This document shows positions 48,373 through 57,237 of a stretch of 64,000 nucleotides of DNA, in pieces (position 1 is the stretch's first letter; every line of letters starts with the position of its first letter). A model generated the notes under the pieces. That model worked only from the letters and a program-made list of their open reading frames with translations. It made no database searches and was not told the DNA's origin. Position numbers and translations under genes: made by a program. Source of the DNA: an uncultured Actinomycetes bacterium (lineage in GTDB: Bacteria; Actinomycetota; Acidimicrobiia; IMCC26256; DASPTH01); assembly GCA_963725775.1 (NCBI GenBank), contig CAVRZT010000002.1, positions 89,640 to 153,639 on the forward strand. The letters run 5' to 3'.

Positions 48373-50010
48373 ATGACGACTGACAGCGGCGAGGTCGCGG
48401 TCACGCAGGAGTTCGATGCCGTGATCGTCGGCGCGGGGGTGTCCGGCCTCTACGCGCTGCACCACCTGCGGGAGCTCGGGTTCACCGCGCACGTGATCGA
48501 AGCCGGTGACGGTGTCGGCGGCACGTGGTACTGGAACCGGTACCCGGGTTCACGCTGTGACGTGCCCAGCATGGAGTACTCGTATGGGTTCTCGCCCGAG
48601 CTCGAGCAGGAGTGGGAGTGGACGGAGGTGTTCCCGCTCCAGGAGGAGCTCGAGCGGTACTTCAACCACGTCGCCGACCGGTTCGACCTCCGCCGCGACA
48701 TCCAGCTCGGCACGCGCGTCATCGCCGCGACGTACGACGAGGCGGCCCTGCGCTGGATCGTCGACACCGACCGGGACGACCGGTACTCGGCCCGGTACCT
48801 GGTGATGGCCACCGGATGTCTGTCGGCACCGCTGGAGCCGCGGATCGCCGGACGGGAGACGTTCACCGGTCGGTCGCTGTTCACGAACGCGTGGCCGAAG
48901 GAGCCCGTCGACTTCACCGGTCAGCGCGTGGGCCTGGTCGGTACCGGCTCGTCGGGCGTGCAGTCCGTTCCCGAGATCGCCCGTGACGCCGCGCACCTCA
49001 CGGTGTTCCAGCGCACACCGTCGTACGCGTGGCCGGCCGGGAACCGGCCCCTCGACCCCGAGCTCCAGCAGAAGGTGAAGGCGATCTACCGCGACGTCCG
49101 TGCGGAGCAGCGCCGGAACTACGGCGGCGTCGTCGGGTCGAGTGGCGCGGTGGCCGTCCCGCTGCCGCGCGACGTGGCCATCCTCGAGGTGACTCCCGAG
49201 GAACGCCTCGCCGCGGTCGACGAACTGGGGTGGGCGGCGTGCCGGGCGTGGAACGACGTCCTCACCGACCTCGAGGCGAACGAGCTCGGCGCGGAGCTGT
49301 TCCGGGAGATGGTGCGTCGGGTGGTCGAGGATCCCGACACCGCGGAGGGCCTTTCGCCCCGCGACCTGGCGATCGGCTGCAAGCGCCCGATCCTGCACAC
49401 CGACTACTACGAGTCGTTCAACCAGGACCACGTCACCCTGGTCGACCTCCGGCGTGGCGGAATCGAGGAGGTCACCCCGACCGGCATCCGCACCGCGCAG
49501 GGCGACTTCGAGCTCGACATGATCGTGTACGCGACGGGGTTCGATGCCATGACCGGAGCTCTCGACCGCATCGACATCCGAGGGCGCGGTGGGCTCCCGT
49601 TGCGTGAGGCCTGGGCCGAGGGCGCGCGTGTGCTGCTCGGGGTCCAGACCGCCGGGTTCCCCAACCTGTTCACCATCACTGGTCCAGGCAGCCCATCCGT
49701 GCTCGCGAACATGGTCGTGTGCGCGGAGCAGCACGTCGAGTGGATCGGCGCGCTGCTCGTGTACATGCGCGAACACGGGTACACGACGTCCGAGGCGACG
49801 GTGGAGGCTCAGGAGGCCTGGGCCGAACTGGTGACGAAGGTCGCGTCGACCACCATGTACACCGCACCCAACTGCAACTCCTGGTACCTCGGCGACAACA
49901 TCCCGGGGAAGACCCGCATCTTCCTCCCGTGGGCCGGCGGGCTGCCTGCGTACATCGAGCGCTGTGACGCGGTCGTCGCGGCCGGGTACGAGGGGTTCGA
50001 GCTCTCGTGA
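48373..50010 (+). CDS. flavin-dependent Baeyer-Villiger monooxygenase (type I BVMO-like)
   Basis: 545 aa. It has two Rossmann motifs (GAGVSG, GTGSSG), GGTWYWNRYPGSRCD, and the fingerprint region FTGRSLFTNAWP. Confidence 0.88.
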   Translation: MTTDSGEVAVTQEFDAVIVGAGVSGLYALHHLRELGFTAHVIEAGDGVGGTWYWNRYPGSRCDVPSMEYSYGFSPELEQEWEWTEVFPLQEELERYFNHVADRFDLRRDIQLGTRVIAATYDEAALRWIVDTDRDDRYSARYLVMATGCLSAPLEPRIAGRETFTGRSLFTNAWPKEPVDFTGQRVGLVGTGSSGVQSVPEIARDAAHLTVFQRTPSYAWPAGNRPLDPELQQKVKAIYRDVRAEQRRNYGGVVGSSGAVAVPLPRDVAILEVTPEERLAAVDELGWAACRAWNDVLTDLEANELGAELFREMVRRVVEDPDTAEGLSPRDLAIGCKRPILHTDYYESFNQDHVTLVDLRRGGIEEVTPTGIRTAQGDFELDMIVYATGFDAMTGALDRIDIRGRGGLPLREAWAEGARVLLGVQTAGFPNLFTITGPGSPSVLANMVVCAEQHVEWIGALLVYMREHGYTTSEATVEAQEAWAELVTKVASTTMYTAPNCNSWYLGDNIPGKTRIFLPWAGGLPAYIERCDAVVAAGYEGFELS

Positions 50011-51233
50011 GCGATCGCACGCCCGCGGTCGACTTCGACCTGTTCGGCCCCGTGAACCGCGCCGAGTCGGACGACGCGTGGCGCGAGACACGCGAGAGGT
50101 GTCCGGTCGCGTGGACCGAACGCGACGGCGGATACTGGGTCATCAGCGGCTACGAGGAGGTCGCGGCCGCATTCCGCGACTGGGAGCACTTCTCGTCGGC
50201 CCGCACCGACCCCGAATTCAGCTCGATCGTCCTGGGCAACAGCCGGCTGCCGTTGCTGACGCCGGAGGAGATCGACCCGCCCGAGTGGTATCCGCTCCGC
50301 CGAATCCTCTCCGAGATGCTCGCGCCGCGGGCGGCGGAGCGGCTGCGTCCGCGCGCGCACCAGTGGACGACCCACTTCATCGACCAGTTCGTCGAACGCG
50401 GTGAGTGCGAGTTCACCCACGACCTCTCGGTGCCGGTGCCCGGTTCGGTGACGCTCGAATGGCTGGGGTTCCCCCAGTCCGACTGGCGCATGATCACCGA
50501 TGCCTTCCACGACGTCGCCGCGCACTCGCACCACACGCCCGAGTACCGCACCGCGCAGCTCGCGTTCGGCAACGTGATGGTGCGGATCAAGGAAGAGGTC
50601 GCGGAACGGGAGCACTCGCCGCGCGACGACGCGATGACGGCGATCGTGCACCACGAGATCGACGGCGCGCGCATCGAGCGCGAGATCGCAGAATCGATCG
50701 TGTTCATGACCGTGGGCGGGGGCGTCGACACGACCACCGCGCTCATCGGCGCGGCGTTGCTGCACCTGTCGCAGGTGCCCGACGACAAGCGGCGGTTGAT
50801 CGAGGAGCCCGACCTGCTCGTGACCGCGACCGAGGAGTTCCTGCGCTTCTACCCGCCGGCGCGCTCGCACGCCCGCACGGTCACCGACGACTTCGAGTTC
50901 GCCGGTTGCCCGATGCGCCAGGGCGATCGCGTCCTCCTGGGCGAGATCTCGGCCGGCCGCGACGAGCACGCGTTCCCCGACGCCGAAGAGTTCGTGATCG
51001 ACCGCAACCCGAACCGGCACCTCGCGTTCGGCGTCGGCATCCACCGTTGCGTGGGCTCGCACCTGGCCCGGATCGAGTTCGCCGAGGTGATCACCGCGGT
51101 GTTGCACCGTCTCCCCGACTACGAGATCGACGAGACTGCCGTGGTGGAGTACCCGAACTGGGCCACCATCGGCGGCTGGGCCCGGCTGCCGGCCACGTTC
51201 ACCCCCGGGCCGCGGAGTCAGCCGAGGGAGTAG
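50007..51233 (+). CDS. cytochrome P450
   Basis: 408 aa. GTG 50007 overlaps the BVMO stop (GTGA). It has the I-helix GGVDTT, EEFLR, and the heme loop FGVGIHRCVGSHLA. Confidence 0.9.
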   Translation: MSDRTPAVDFDLFGPVNRAESDDAWRETRERCPVAWTERDGGYWVISGYEEVAAAFRDWEHFSSARTDPEFSSIVLGNSRLPLLTPEEIDPPEWYPLRRILSEMLAPRAAERLRPRAHQWTTHFIDQFVERGECEFTHDLSVPVPGSVTLEWLGFPQSDWRMITDAFHDVAAHSHHTPEYRTAQLAFGNVMVRIKEEVAEREHSPRDDAMTAIVHHEIDGARIEREIAESIVFMTVGGGVDTTTALIGAALLHLSQVPDDKRRLIEEPDLLVTATEEFLRFYPPARSHARTVTDDFEFAGCPMRQGDRVLLGEISAGRDEHAFPDAEEFVIDRNPNRHLAFGVGIHRCVGSHLARIEFAEVITAVLHRLPDYEIDETAVVEYPNWATIGGWARLPATFTPGPRSQPRE

Positions 51234-51236
51234 GCG

Positions 51237-52970
51237 ATGCACGATCTCGTGATCCGTGGAGGGACCGTCGTCGACGGCACCGGCGACGCCCCGCGCACGG
51301 CCGACGTCGCGGTGCGCGAGGGCCGCATCGTCGAGGTCGGGAAGGTCGACGGGTCCGCCCGTCGCACCGTCGACGCCGACGGCCTGGTCGTGACCCCGGG
51401 GTTCGTCGACATGCACACCCACTTCGACGGCCAGGCGACGTGGGATCCGCACCTCACGCCGTCGTGCTGGCACGGTGTGACGACCGCGGTGCTCGGCAAC
51501 TGCGGGGTCGGCTTCGCCCCGGTGCGCCCGGGCCGGGAGCAGTGGCTCATCGAGCTCATGGAGGGGGTCGAGGACATCCCCGGCACCGCACTCGCCGAGG
51601 GCATCCAGTGGGACTGGGAGTCCTTCCCCGAGTACCTCGACGCGCTCGAGCGCATGCCGCGGGCCATCGACATCGGCACACACCTGCCGCACGCGTCGGT
51701 GCGGGCCTACGTGATGCAGGAGCGCCTGCACGACCACGCGACCGCTGACGACATCGAGGCGATGCGCGCGATCCTGCGCGAGTCGTTGCGAGCCGGCGCG
51801 CTCGGGTTCTCCACCGGCCGCACCGCGGGCCACACCGACCTGCACGGCGAGCCCGTGCCCGGTACGTACGCGGCCAGCGCCGAGATCGGTGCGCTGCTCG
51901 AGGTGATGGCGGAGGAGCAACGCGGGGTGCTCCAACTCGTGCCCGCGGGCTCGTCGGGGACGACCGGTCTCGACCCTGCCGGTGCGATGGAACCCGAGCT
52001 CGACTGGATGGTGCGCTACGGCGAGCAGTACGGCCGACCGACGACGTTCCTGATCCTGGAACACGGCCCCGATTTCGGCGTGTGGCGAGGATGGTTCGAT
52101 CGGGTGCGCGCGGCGAACGAGCGCGGCGCCGACATCCATCCGCAGGTCGCCAGCCGGTGCTTCGGCATGCTGTTCGGCCACCAGTCGCGCCTGCAACCGT
52201 TCCGGCACCGGCCGAGCTACCACGCCATCGCGGATCTGCCGCTCGACGCGCGCGTGCGCGAGTTGCGTGATCCCGAGGTGCGCGCCCGGATCCTCGCCGA
52301 AGAGAACGTCGACGGTCCGTACGCACCCGACCGCATCACCGACGAGACGTTCGAGAACCTGTTCCCGCTCGGTCGGGAGCTCGACTACGAGCCACCGCCC
52401 GAAGCGAGCGTGGCGGCGCGGGCCCGGGCCGCAGGTGTGACGCCGTGGGAGCTCGCGTACGACCTCATGCTCGGCTCGGACGGACGCGACTTCCTCCTCC
52501 GCCCACTCCTGAACTTCGGTGGCGGCTCGTACGACGGCCTGCACGACATGCTGACGGATCCGATGACCGTCCAGGGGCTCGGCGACGGCGGCGCGCACGT
52601 GCGTATCGTCTGCGACGCGAGCATGACGACGTACCTGCTGTCGCACTGGGTGCGGGACCGGACGCGCGGCCCCCGACTGCCACTGGAGTGGGCCGTCCGT
52701 CGGCTCACGCAGGACCCGGCGCGGCTCTACGGGCTCGACGACCGCGGCATCATCACGCCGGGACAGCGCGCCGACCTCAACCTGATCGACTTCGAGGCGC
52801 TGCGCCTCGTGTTCCCCGAGCAGGTGCAGGACCTGCCCGCCGACGCGGCGCGGCTGGTGCAACGCTCAGAGGGATATGTCGAGACGATCGTGGCGGGGGA
52901 GACGGTCGTCGACCAGGGCGAGCTCACCGACGCCCGCCCCGGCGCACTCGTGCGGGGACCGCAATCCTGA
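51237..52970 (+). CDS. D-aminoacylase-type amidohydrolase (N-acyl-D-amino-acid deacylase family)
   Basis: 577 aa, starting 3 nt after the P450 stop. The metal motif is FVDMHTHFDG. It is an intact paralogue of 23257-24967. Confidence 0.88.
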   Translation: MHDLVIRGGTVVDGTGDAPRTADVAVREGRIVEVGKVDGSARRTVDADGLVVTPGFVDMHTHFDGQATWDPHLTPSCWHGVTTAVLGNCGVGFAPVRPGREQWLIELMEGVEDIPGTALAEGIQWDWESFPEYLDALERMPRAIDIGTHLPHASVRAYVMQERLHDHATADDIEAMRAILRESLRAGALGFSTGRTAGHTDLHGEPVPGTYAASAEIGALLEVMAEEQRGVLQLVPAGSSGTTGLDPAGAMEPELDWMVRYGEQYGRPTTFLILEHGPDFGVWRGWFDRVRAANERGADIHPQVASRCFGMLFGHQSRLQPFRHRPSYHAIADLPLDARVRELRDPEVRARILAEENVDGPYAPDRITDETFENLFPLGRELDYEPPPEASVAARARAAGVTPWELAYDLMLGSDGRDFLLRPLLNFGGGSYDGLHDMLTDPMTVQGLGDGGAHVRIVCDASMTTYLLSHWVRDRTRGPRLPLEWAVRRLTQDPARLYGLDDRGIITPGQRADLNLIDFEALRLVFPEQVQDLPADAARLVQRSEGYVETIVAGETVVDQGELTDARPGALVRGPQS

Positions 52971-53842
52971 GCGTCGCGGAGTGGGCCGCACGCGGCGAGC
53001 ACCGCCACCTCGGCGGCCATTCGGTGTTCACGATGGTGGCCGAGCCGCGTGAGGCGGAGCTCGCGCCGCCGTTGCTGGTGCTGCACGGGTTCCCGAGCTC
53101 GTCGTTCGACTTCCGTCATGTGCTCGACGACCTGCGCCGGCACCGGCGCGTCCTGCTGCTCGACCTGCTCGGGTACGGGCTGACCGACAAACCCGATCAG
53201 GCGTACACCATCGCGGAGCAGGCCGACATCGTCGTCGCGTTCACCGAGGCCGTCGGCGTCGACGAGCTCGCGCTCCTGAGCCACGACATGGGTGACACCG
53301 TCGGGGGCGAGCTGCTCGCCCGCCAGCTCGAGGGCGCGTGGCCGGTCGACGTGACGCGCCGCGTGTTGACGAACGGCAGCATCTACATCGAGATGGCCCG
53401 CCTGAGCGTGGGTCAGGAGCTGTTGCTCGCGTTGCCCGACGAGAGGATGGCGGCGGAGCGGGCGCTCGACGGGGCGACGGTGCAGGCCGGTCTGGCCGCG
53501 ACGTTCAGCCCCTCGTCGACGGTCGCCGCCGACGAGCTCCCGGCGCAGTGGGAGCTGATCGCCCACGCTGACGGTCACCGGCTCCTGCCCCGCCTGATCC
53601 GCTACATCGAGGAGCGGCGGCGCGATCAAGGTCGGTACACCGGGGCGATCGAAGCCCACCCGTCGCCGCTCGGCATCGTGTGGGGTGTCGACGATCCCAT
53701 CGCGGTCGTCGACATGGCGCGCCGCCTGCACCGGGCGCGCCCGGACGCGTCGCTCGAGCTCCTCGACGACGTCGGGCACTACCCGATGGTGGAGGCGCCC
53801 GACCGCTTCGCGGCGGCGGTCGGGCGCGCACTCCGGGCCTGA
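52966..53842 (+). CDS. alpha/beta hydrolase, MEST/epoxide-hydrolase-like (Asp nucleophile)
   Basis: It has HGFP (53084-53095) and the nucleophile elbow SHDMG (Asp codon 53285-53287). Homology-like sequence (AEWAARGEHRHLGGHSVF..) begins right after the upstream stop. The only in-frame start there is CTG 52966. Conventional starts are GTG 53024 and ATG 53033. Confidence 0.75.
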
Positions 53843-53858
53843 CGGGTCAGGCCTTCCG

Positions 53859-54146
53859 TCAGTTGGTGGCGGCCACGCCGACCGTCGGCGCGTCATCGGC
53901 GACCGCGGCGACCACGTCGTGGGCCTGGTCCTTCACGTCGCCGGCACGCTGCCTGGCGTCGTCGACCACCTGGGCGGCGGCTTCCTTGGCGTGGCCGGAC
54001 ACGTCGCGGGCGGCTCCCCGGGCGGTGTCGAGCACGCCCGCCACCGGCTCCTTGAGCTCGGCCGCCTTCGGTGCGAAGCGGTCGTAGAGCGCCTTGACGC
54101 CGACGGCGGCGAGGGCGAGGACGGCGAGACGGAAGAGAATTCGCAT
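53859..54146 (-). CDS. hypothetical small protein with an N-terminal anchor or signal
   Basis: 95 aa (MRILFRLAVLALAAVGVKAL.. followed by an Ala/Asp/Lys-rich helical region). AAGGAG lies 6 nt upstream. Confidence 0.6.
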   Translation of the reverse strand: MRILFRLAVLALAAVGVKALYDRFAPKAAELKEPVAGVLDTARGAARDVSGHAKEAAAQVVDDARQRAGDVKDQAHDVVAAVADDAPTVGVAATN

Positions 54147-54215
54147 GGGAGCTCCTTGAGCGAGAGGTTCGAACCCGGGACCTACCCGATCGCGCAGCTC
54201 GCTACGCCTCGACGG

Positions 54216-54524
54216 TCAGGTCTCGATGGTGAGATAGGTGTCGAGCCCGCTGACGTGGATGGTCCGCAACGCGTGCAGCGGGAGCTCGCGCCACGTGAGG
54301 CGGCATCCCGCCTCCTCGGCGTAGCGCTGCACACGGGCCATCATCGCGAGCCCACGCGACTCGATGAACGTCACCGACGAACAGATCACCGCGATCTCGG
54401 CCGGGCTCGAGTCGACGAGCCCGCAGAGGTGGTCACCGAGCTCCCCGGCGGTCGTGACGTCGATGTCGCCCGCGAGCGCGAGCTCGACCACGTCGGGCTC
54501 GCGGGCGCTCGGGTCAGTGGGCAT
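54216..54524 (-). CDS. STAS domain anti-sigma-factor antagonist
   Basis: 102 aa from ATG 54524. The pattern ..ELALAGDIDVTTAGEL..VTFIESRGLAMM.. is SpoIIAA/RsbV-like, with a Ser in the ESRG position. Confidence 0.78.
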   Translation of the reverse strand: MPTDPSAREPDVVELALAGDIDVTTAGELGDHLCGLVDSSPAEIAVICSSVTFIESRGLAMMARVQRYAEEAGCRLTWRELPLHALRTIHVSGLDTYLTIET

Positions 54525-54876
54525 CGCCGTCGGGATCGGGAGCGGAGAGGTCGAGCAGGGCCGAGGCGGCTTCCGGCGTCGCCGTCGGTCCGTAGTTGAG
54601 GACGAGCGATCCGCGCGTGGCGCAGCGGGGGCACTCGAGTGCGACCACCGCGAGCATGTCGTCGGGATCCGACGCACCTTCCAGACGGCGCAACTCGGTC
54701 ACGACCGGTTCGTTCGCCGCGAACTCCGCGCGGCATGTCTCACAGCGCACGCGCCCGTGTGCGTCGGTGCCGTCGACCGGGGTGAAGCTGCCCACGAATC
54801 CGTCGACGGTGAACCGACCGAGCACGTCGAGCAGGGTCTCGGATCCGCGCGCCACACCGGCGAGGTCGTCGTCCAC
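54514..54876 (-). CDS. hypothetical protein with a 4-Cys zinc-ribbon
   Basis: About 120 aa from GTG 54876. It has CETC ... CPRC. It overlaps the STAS gene start by 11 nt. The start is uncertain. Confidence 0.55.
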   Translation of the reverse strand: MDDDLAGVARGSETLLDVLGRFTVDGFVGSFTPVDGTDAHGRVRCETCRAEFAANEPVVTELRRLEGASDPDDMLAVVALECPRCATRGSLVLNYGPTATPEAASALLDLSAPDPDGDAH

Positions 54877-54997
54877 GTGCGAAGCGTTCCCCGACCGGTA
54901 CGAGCACAAACCGGCGGCGCACCCCGCCCCGGTGGTTGCGGCGCGTGATGCGCCGCGGTGAGACTCCCCGGCCCAGGACGACAACGGAGGACTCGAC

Positions 54998-55792
54998 ATG
55001 GATCTCGGTCTCGCGGACGCGACGGTGGTGGTGCAGGGTGGCACGAGCGGCATGGGTCGCGCCGCGGCCCGGTGCTTCGCGGAGGACGGCGCGCGGGTCG
55101 CGGTGCTGGCACGCAGGCAGGCGGTGATCGACGAGACCTGTGCGGAGCTCCGGGAGGCCGGCAGCCCGGACGTGCTCGGGCTGTGCGCCGACATGACCGA
55201 CGCGGCTGAGATCGATGCCGCGTTCGTCGAGGTCGGTGAGCGGTGGGGTTCCCTCAACGTGCTCGTGAACGCGGCAGGACCGTCGGGAGCGGCCACGTTC
55301 GAGCAGCTCAGTGACGACGACTGGATGCGGGCGATCGACGAAGGGTGCCTCGGGATGGTCCGGTGTGTGCGGGCCGCCCTGCCGCTGTTGCGCGCTGCCG
55401 AGTGGGCGCGCATCGTGAACGTCTCCGCGCACTCGGTGAAGCGGCAAGGCGTCGGCCTGGTGGCGTACACCGCGGCGAAGGCGGCGATGACGAGCGTGTC
55501 GAAGAACCTGTCGTTGTCGCTCGCGCCGGAGGAGATCCTGGTGAACACCGTCTCGCCCGGCAGCTTCGCCACGCCCGCGCTCAACGGCTGGGTGGAGTCG
55601 GTCGGCGGCGACCCGTCGGACCTCTACGCCACCATGGGGCTGATCGCGGAGCACTTCGGGCACCCGGCGCACCTGCCGCGCGCAGGCAGCCCGAGCGAGA
55701 TGGGGCCGGTCATCGCGTTCCTGGCGTCGAAGCGCAACAGCTACATGACCGGTGCCGACGTGAACGTCGACGGCGGTTCCGATTTCTGCTGA
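54998..55792 (+). CDS. SDR family oxidoreductase
   Basis: 264 aa. GGAGG lies 7 nt upstream. Motifs are GGTSGMG, YTAAKAA and VNVDGG. Confidence 0.87.
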   Translation: MDLGLADATVVVQGGTSGMGRAAARCFAEDGARVAVLARRQAVIDETCAELREAGSPDVLGLCADMTDAAEIDAAFVEVGERWGSLNVLVNAAGPSGAATFEQLSDDDWMRAIDEGCLGMVRCVRAALPLLRAAEWARIVNVSAHSVKRQGVGLVAYTAAKAAMTSVSKNLSLSLAPEEILVNTVSPGSFATPALNGWVESVGGDPSDLYATMGLIAEHFGHPAHLPRAGSPSEMGPVIAFLASKRNSYMTGADVNVDGGSDFC

Positions 55793-55798
55793 AGCACT

Positions 55799-56305
55799 TC
55801 AGTAGTCGTCGTCGCGGTGCCCCAGGTGGGGCAGCACATACCAGAGCACGAAGTAGGTGCCGGCGACCGCGGCCGCGATGAGCGCGGCGACGAGGCCGTC
55901 GTAGACCACGCTGACCACCAGCAGCACCGCGCCGCTGATCGCGCACGCCACCGTGGCGAGACCGGCGAGGGCCAGCACGTTGGCGATGCGCAGGAGGTCG
56001 TGCTTCTTGTGGTGCCGGAACACGATGCGGTGATACGCGACCGGCGCGGTGAGCAGCGCGGTGGCGAGGGCGGCGAGCAGCAGGTCGGCGACGTAGAGGC
56101 GGTGCTGCTCGGGATCCAGCGACGCGAACCGTTGGGTGAACGGCATCGCGAGCAGGAACCCGAAGAGCACCTGCACGCCGAGTCCGGCGACCCGCAGCTC
56201 CTGCAGCAGCTCGGCGACGTTGCGGTCGATGCGCTGGGCCTCGGTCTCGTTGCGTCCGCTCTCGGGTTGCGCCAACGGCGCCGGTTCGTCGTGCGGCGAG
56301 GTCAT
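55799..56305 (-). CDS. DUF6328 family membrane protein
   Basis: About 168 aa from ATG 56305 (MTSPHDEP..RNETEAQRIDRNVAELLQELRVAGLGVQVLFGFLL..). Confidence 0.72.
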   Translation of the reverse strand: MTSPHDEPAPLAQPESGRNETEAQRIDRNVAELLQELRVAGLGVQVLFGFLLAMPFTQRFASLDPEQHRLYVADLLLAALATALLTAPVAYHRIVFRHHKKHDLLRIANVLALAGLATVACAISGAVLLVVSVVYDGLVAALIAAAVAGTYFVLWYVLPHLGHRDDDY

Positions 56306-56385
56306 GCCTGCGTTGTACCCCCGGACGGGCGTCGAGCCACGCGACCCCGGTAGCGTCAAGCACGTCCGCCAACCTGGAGAGTGGG

Positions 56386-57235
56386 ATGAGCGCAGTACCG
56401 GCAGTGTTGAAGGTCGAGGATCTCGGCGACGGTCGCTGGTCGGCGCCGCATCCGGCGGACGATCCGGAAGGTCGCGACGTCGTCTTCAGCGGCCAGATCC
56501 TGGCGCAGATGATCATGGCGTCGGACGCGGCCGTCGGCAGCCAGAAGGAGGTGAAGTCGATCCACGCGATCTTCGCCCGGGCGGGCACCTACAGCGCGGG
56601 GCTCATGGAGCTGCGACTCGAGGCGATGCACTCGGGGCGGGCGTGGGGGAGCGACACCATCACCGTGTACCAGGGTGAGCGTCTGCTCTCGCGCGGCCTC
56701 GTGCTGCTGAACACGGTCGAGCCCGACCTGATGCGGCACATGCCCGCGATGCCCGACGTGCCGGGGCCCGACGCGGCGACGCCCAACCCGTGGACCACGG
56801 TGTTCCCCGGTGCGGACGCGCGCCTGGTCGACGCGCCCGACGCGGTCGGCCCCGACGGGTCGCCCGCGATGTACTTCTGGGTGCGCAACCCCGAGTCCTA
56901 CGACTCGGTGGCGGCGAACCAGGCCGTCGTCGCGTGGAGCCAACCCGGCATGATCATCGGTTTGGCCGTGCGCCCGCACTCTGACACCGTCAACATGGCT
57001 GACGCGCGACAGCAAGATCTCGACCGGCGTGATCTCGCACACGGCGCACTTCCACGAGCACGCCGACGTCGGCGAGTGGCTGCTCGTCGCGCAGGAGGCG
57101 AGCTACGCGGGACGCGGTCGCGTCTTCGGGACCGGCTCGGTGTTCCGCCAGGACGGGACGCTCGTGTCGACGTTCGCGCAGGACAGCATGGCGCGCGGGG
57201 TGGAAGGCACCATCGACCCGAAGCGGGGAATGTAG
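56386..57235 (+). pseudogene. acyl-CoA thioesterase II (TesB-like double hotdog), one frame switch
   Basis: ..RPHSDTVNMADA|..KISTGVISHTAHFHEHADVGEWLLVAQEASYAGRGRVFGTGSVF.. shows a switch near 57008. Stop is TAG 57233-57235. Confidence 0.8.
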
Positions 57236-57237
57236 CG

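Noticed and set aside
49809-52862. A 1017-aa minus-strand ORF, the longest in the track.
   Set aside because: It is antisense to three well-supported plus-strand genes (BVMO end, P450, D-aminoacylase). The translation is Arg/Gly/His/Val-rich low complexity with no family pattern. This is a typical stop-free antisense frame in very GC-rich DNA. The same applies to 8008-9147, 19321-20658, 20030-21325, 21082-22359, 32648-33649 and similar ORFs.
53839-53862. Hairpins between convergent genes as intrinsic terminators: CTGACGG-N10-CCGTCAG at 53839-53862 and GGCGAA-GAG-TTCGCC at 29480-29494.
   Set aside because: The stems are short (6-7 bp), there is no U-tract on either strand, and the first overlaps both stop codons. 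That is not enough to call terminators.
54166-54175. GGTTCGAACC, preceded on the other strand by GGTAGGTCCCGGGTTCGAACC, resembles a tRNA T-arm. It could be a tRNA gene or an attachment-site remnant.
   Set aside because: The 3' half of the T-stem does not pair (CTCTC instead of CCCGG). No anticodon arm or acceptor stem can be drawn and the spacing is too short. It is more simply a 10-bp palindrome in the promoter region of the small gene at 53859-54146.
54938-54956. GCGGCGC-GTGAT-GCGCCGC, a 7-bp-arm inverted repeat in the Zn-ribbon/SDR divergent region.
   Set aside because: It is a real inverted repeat, but it is pure G/C and short. Such repeats arise easily by chance in DNA this GC-rich. No second copy was seen.
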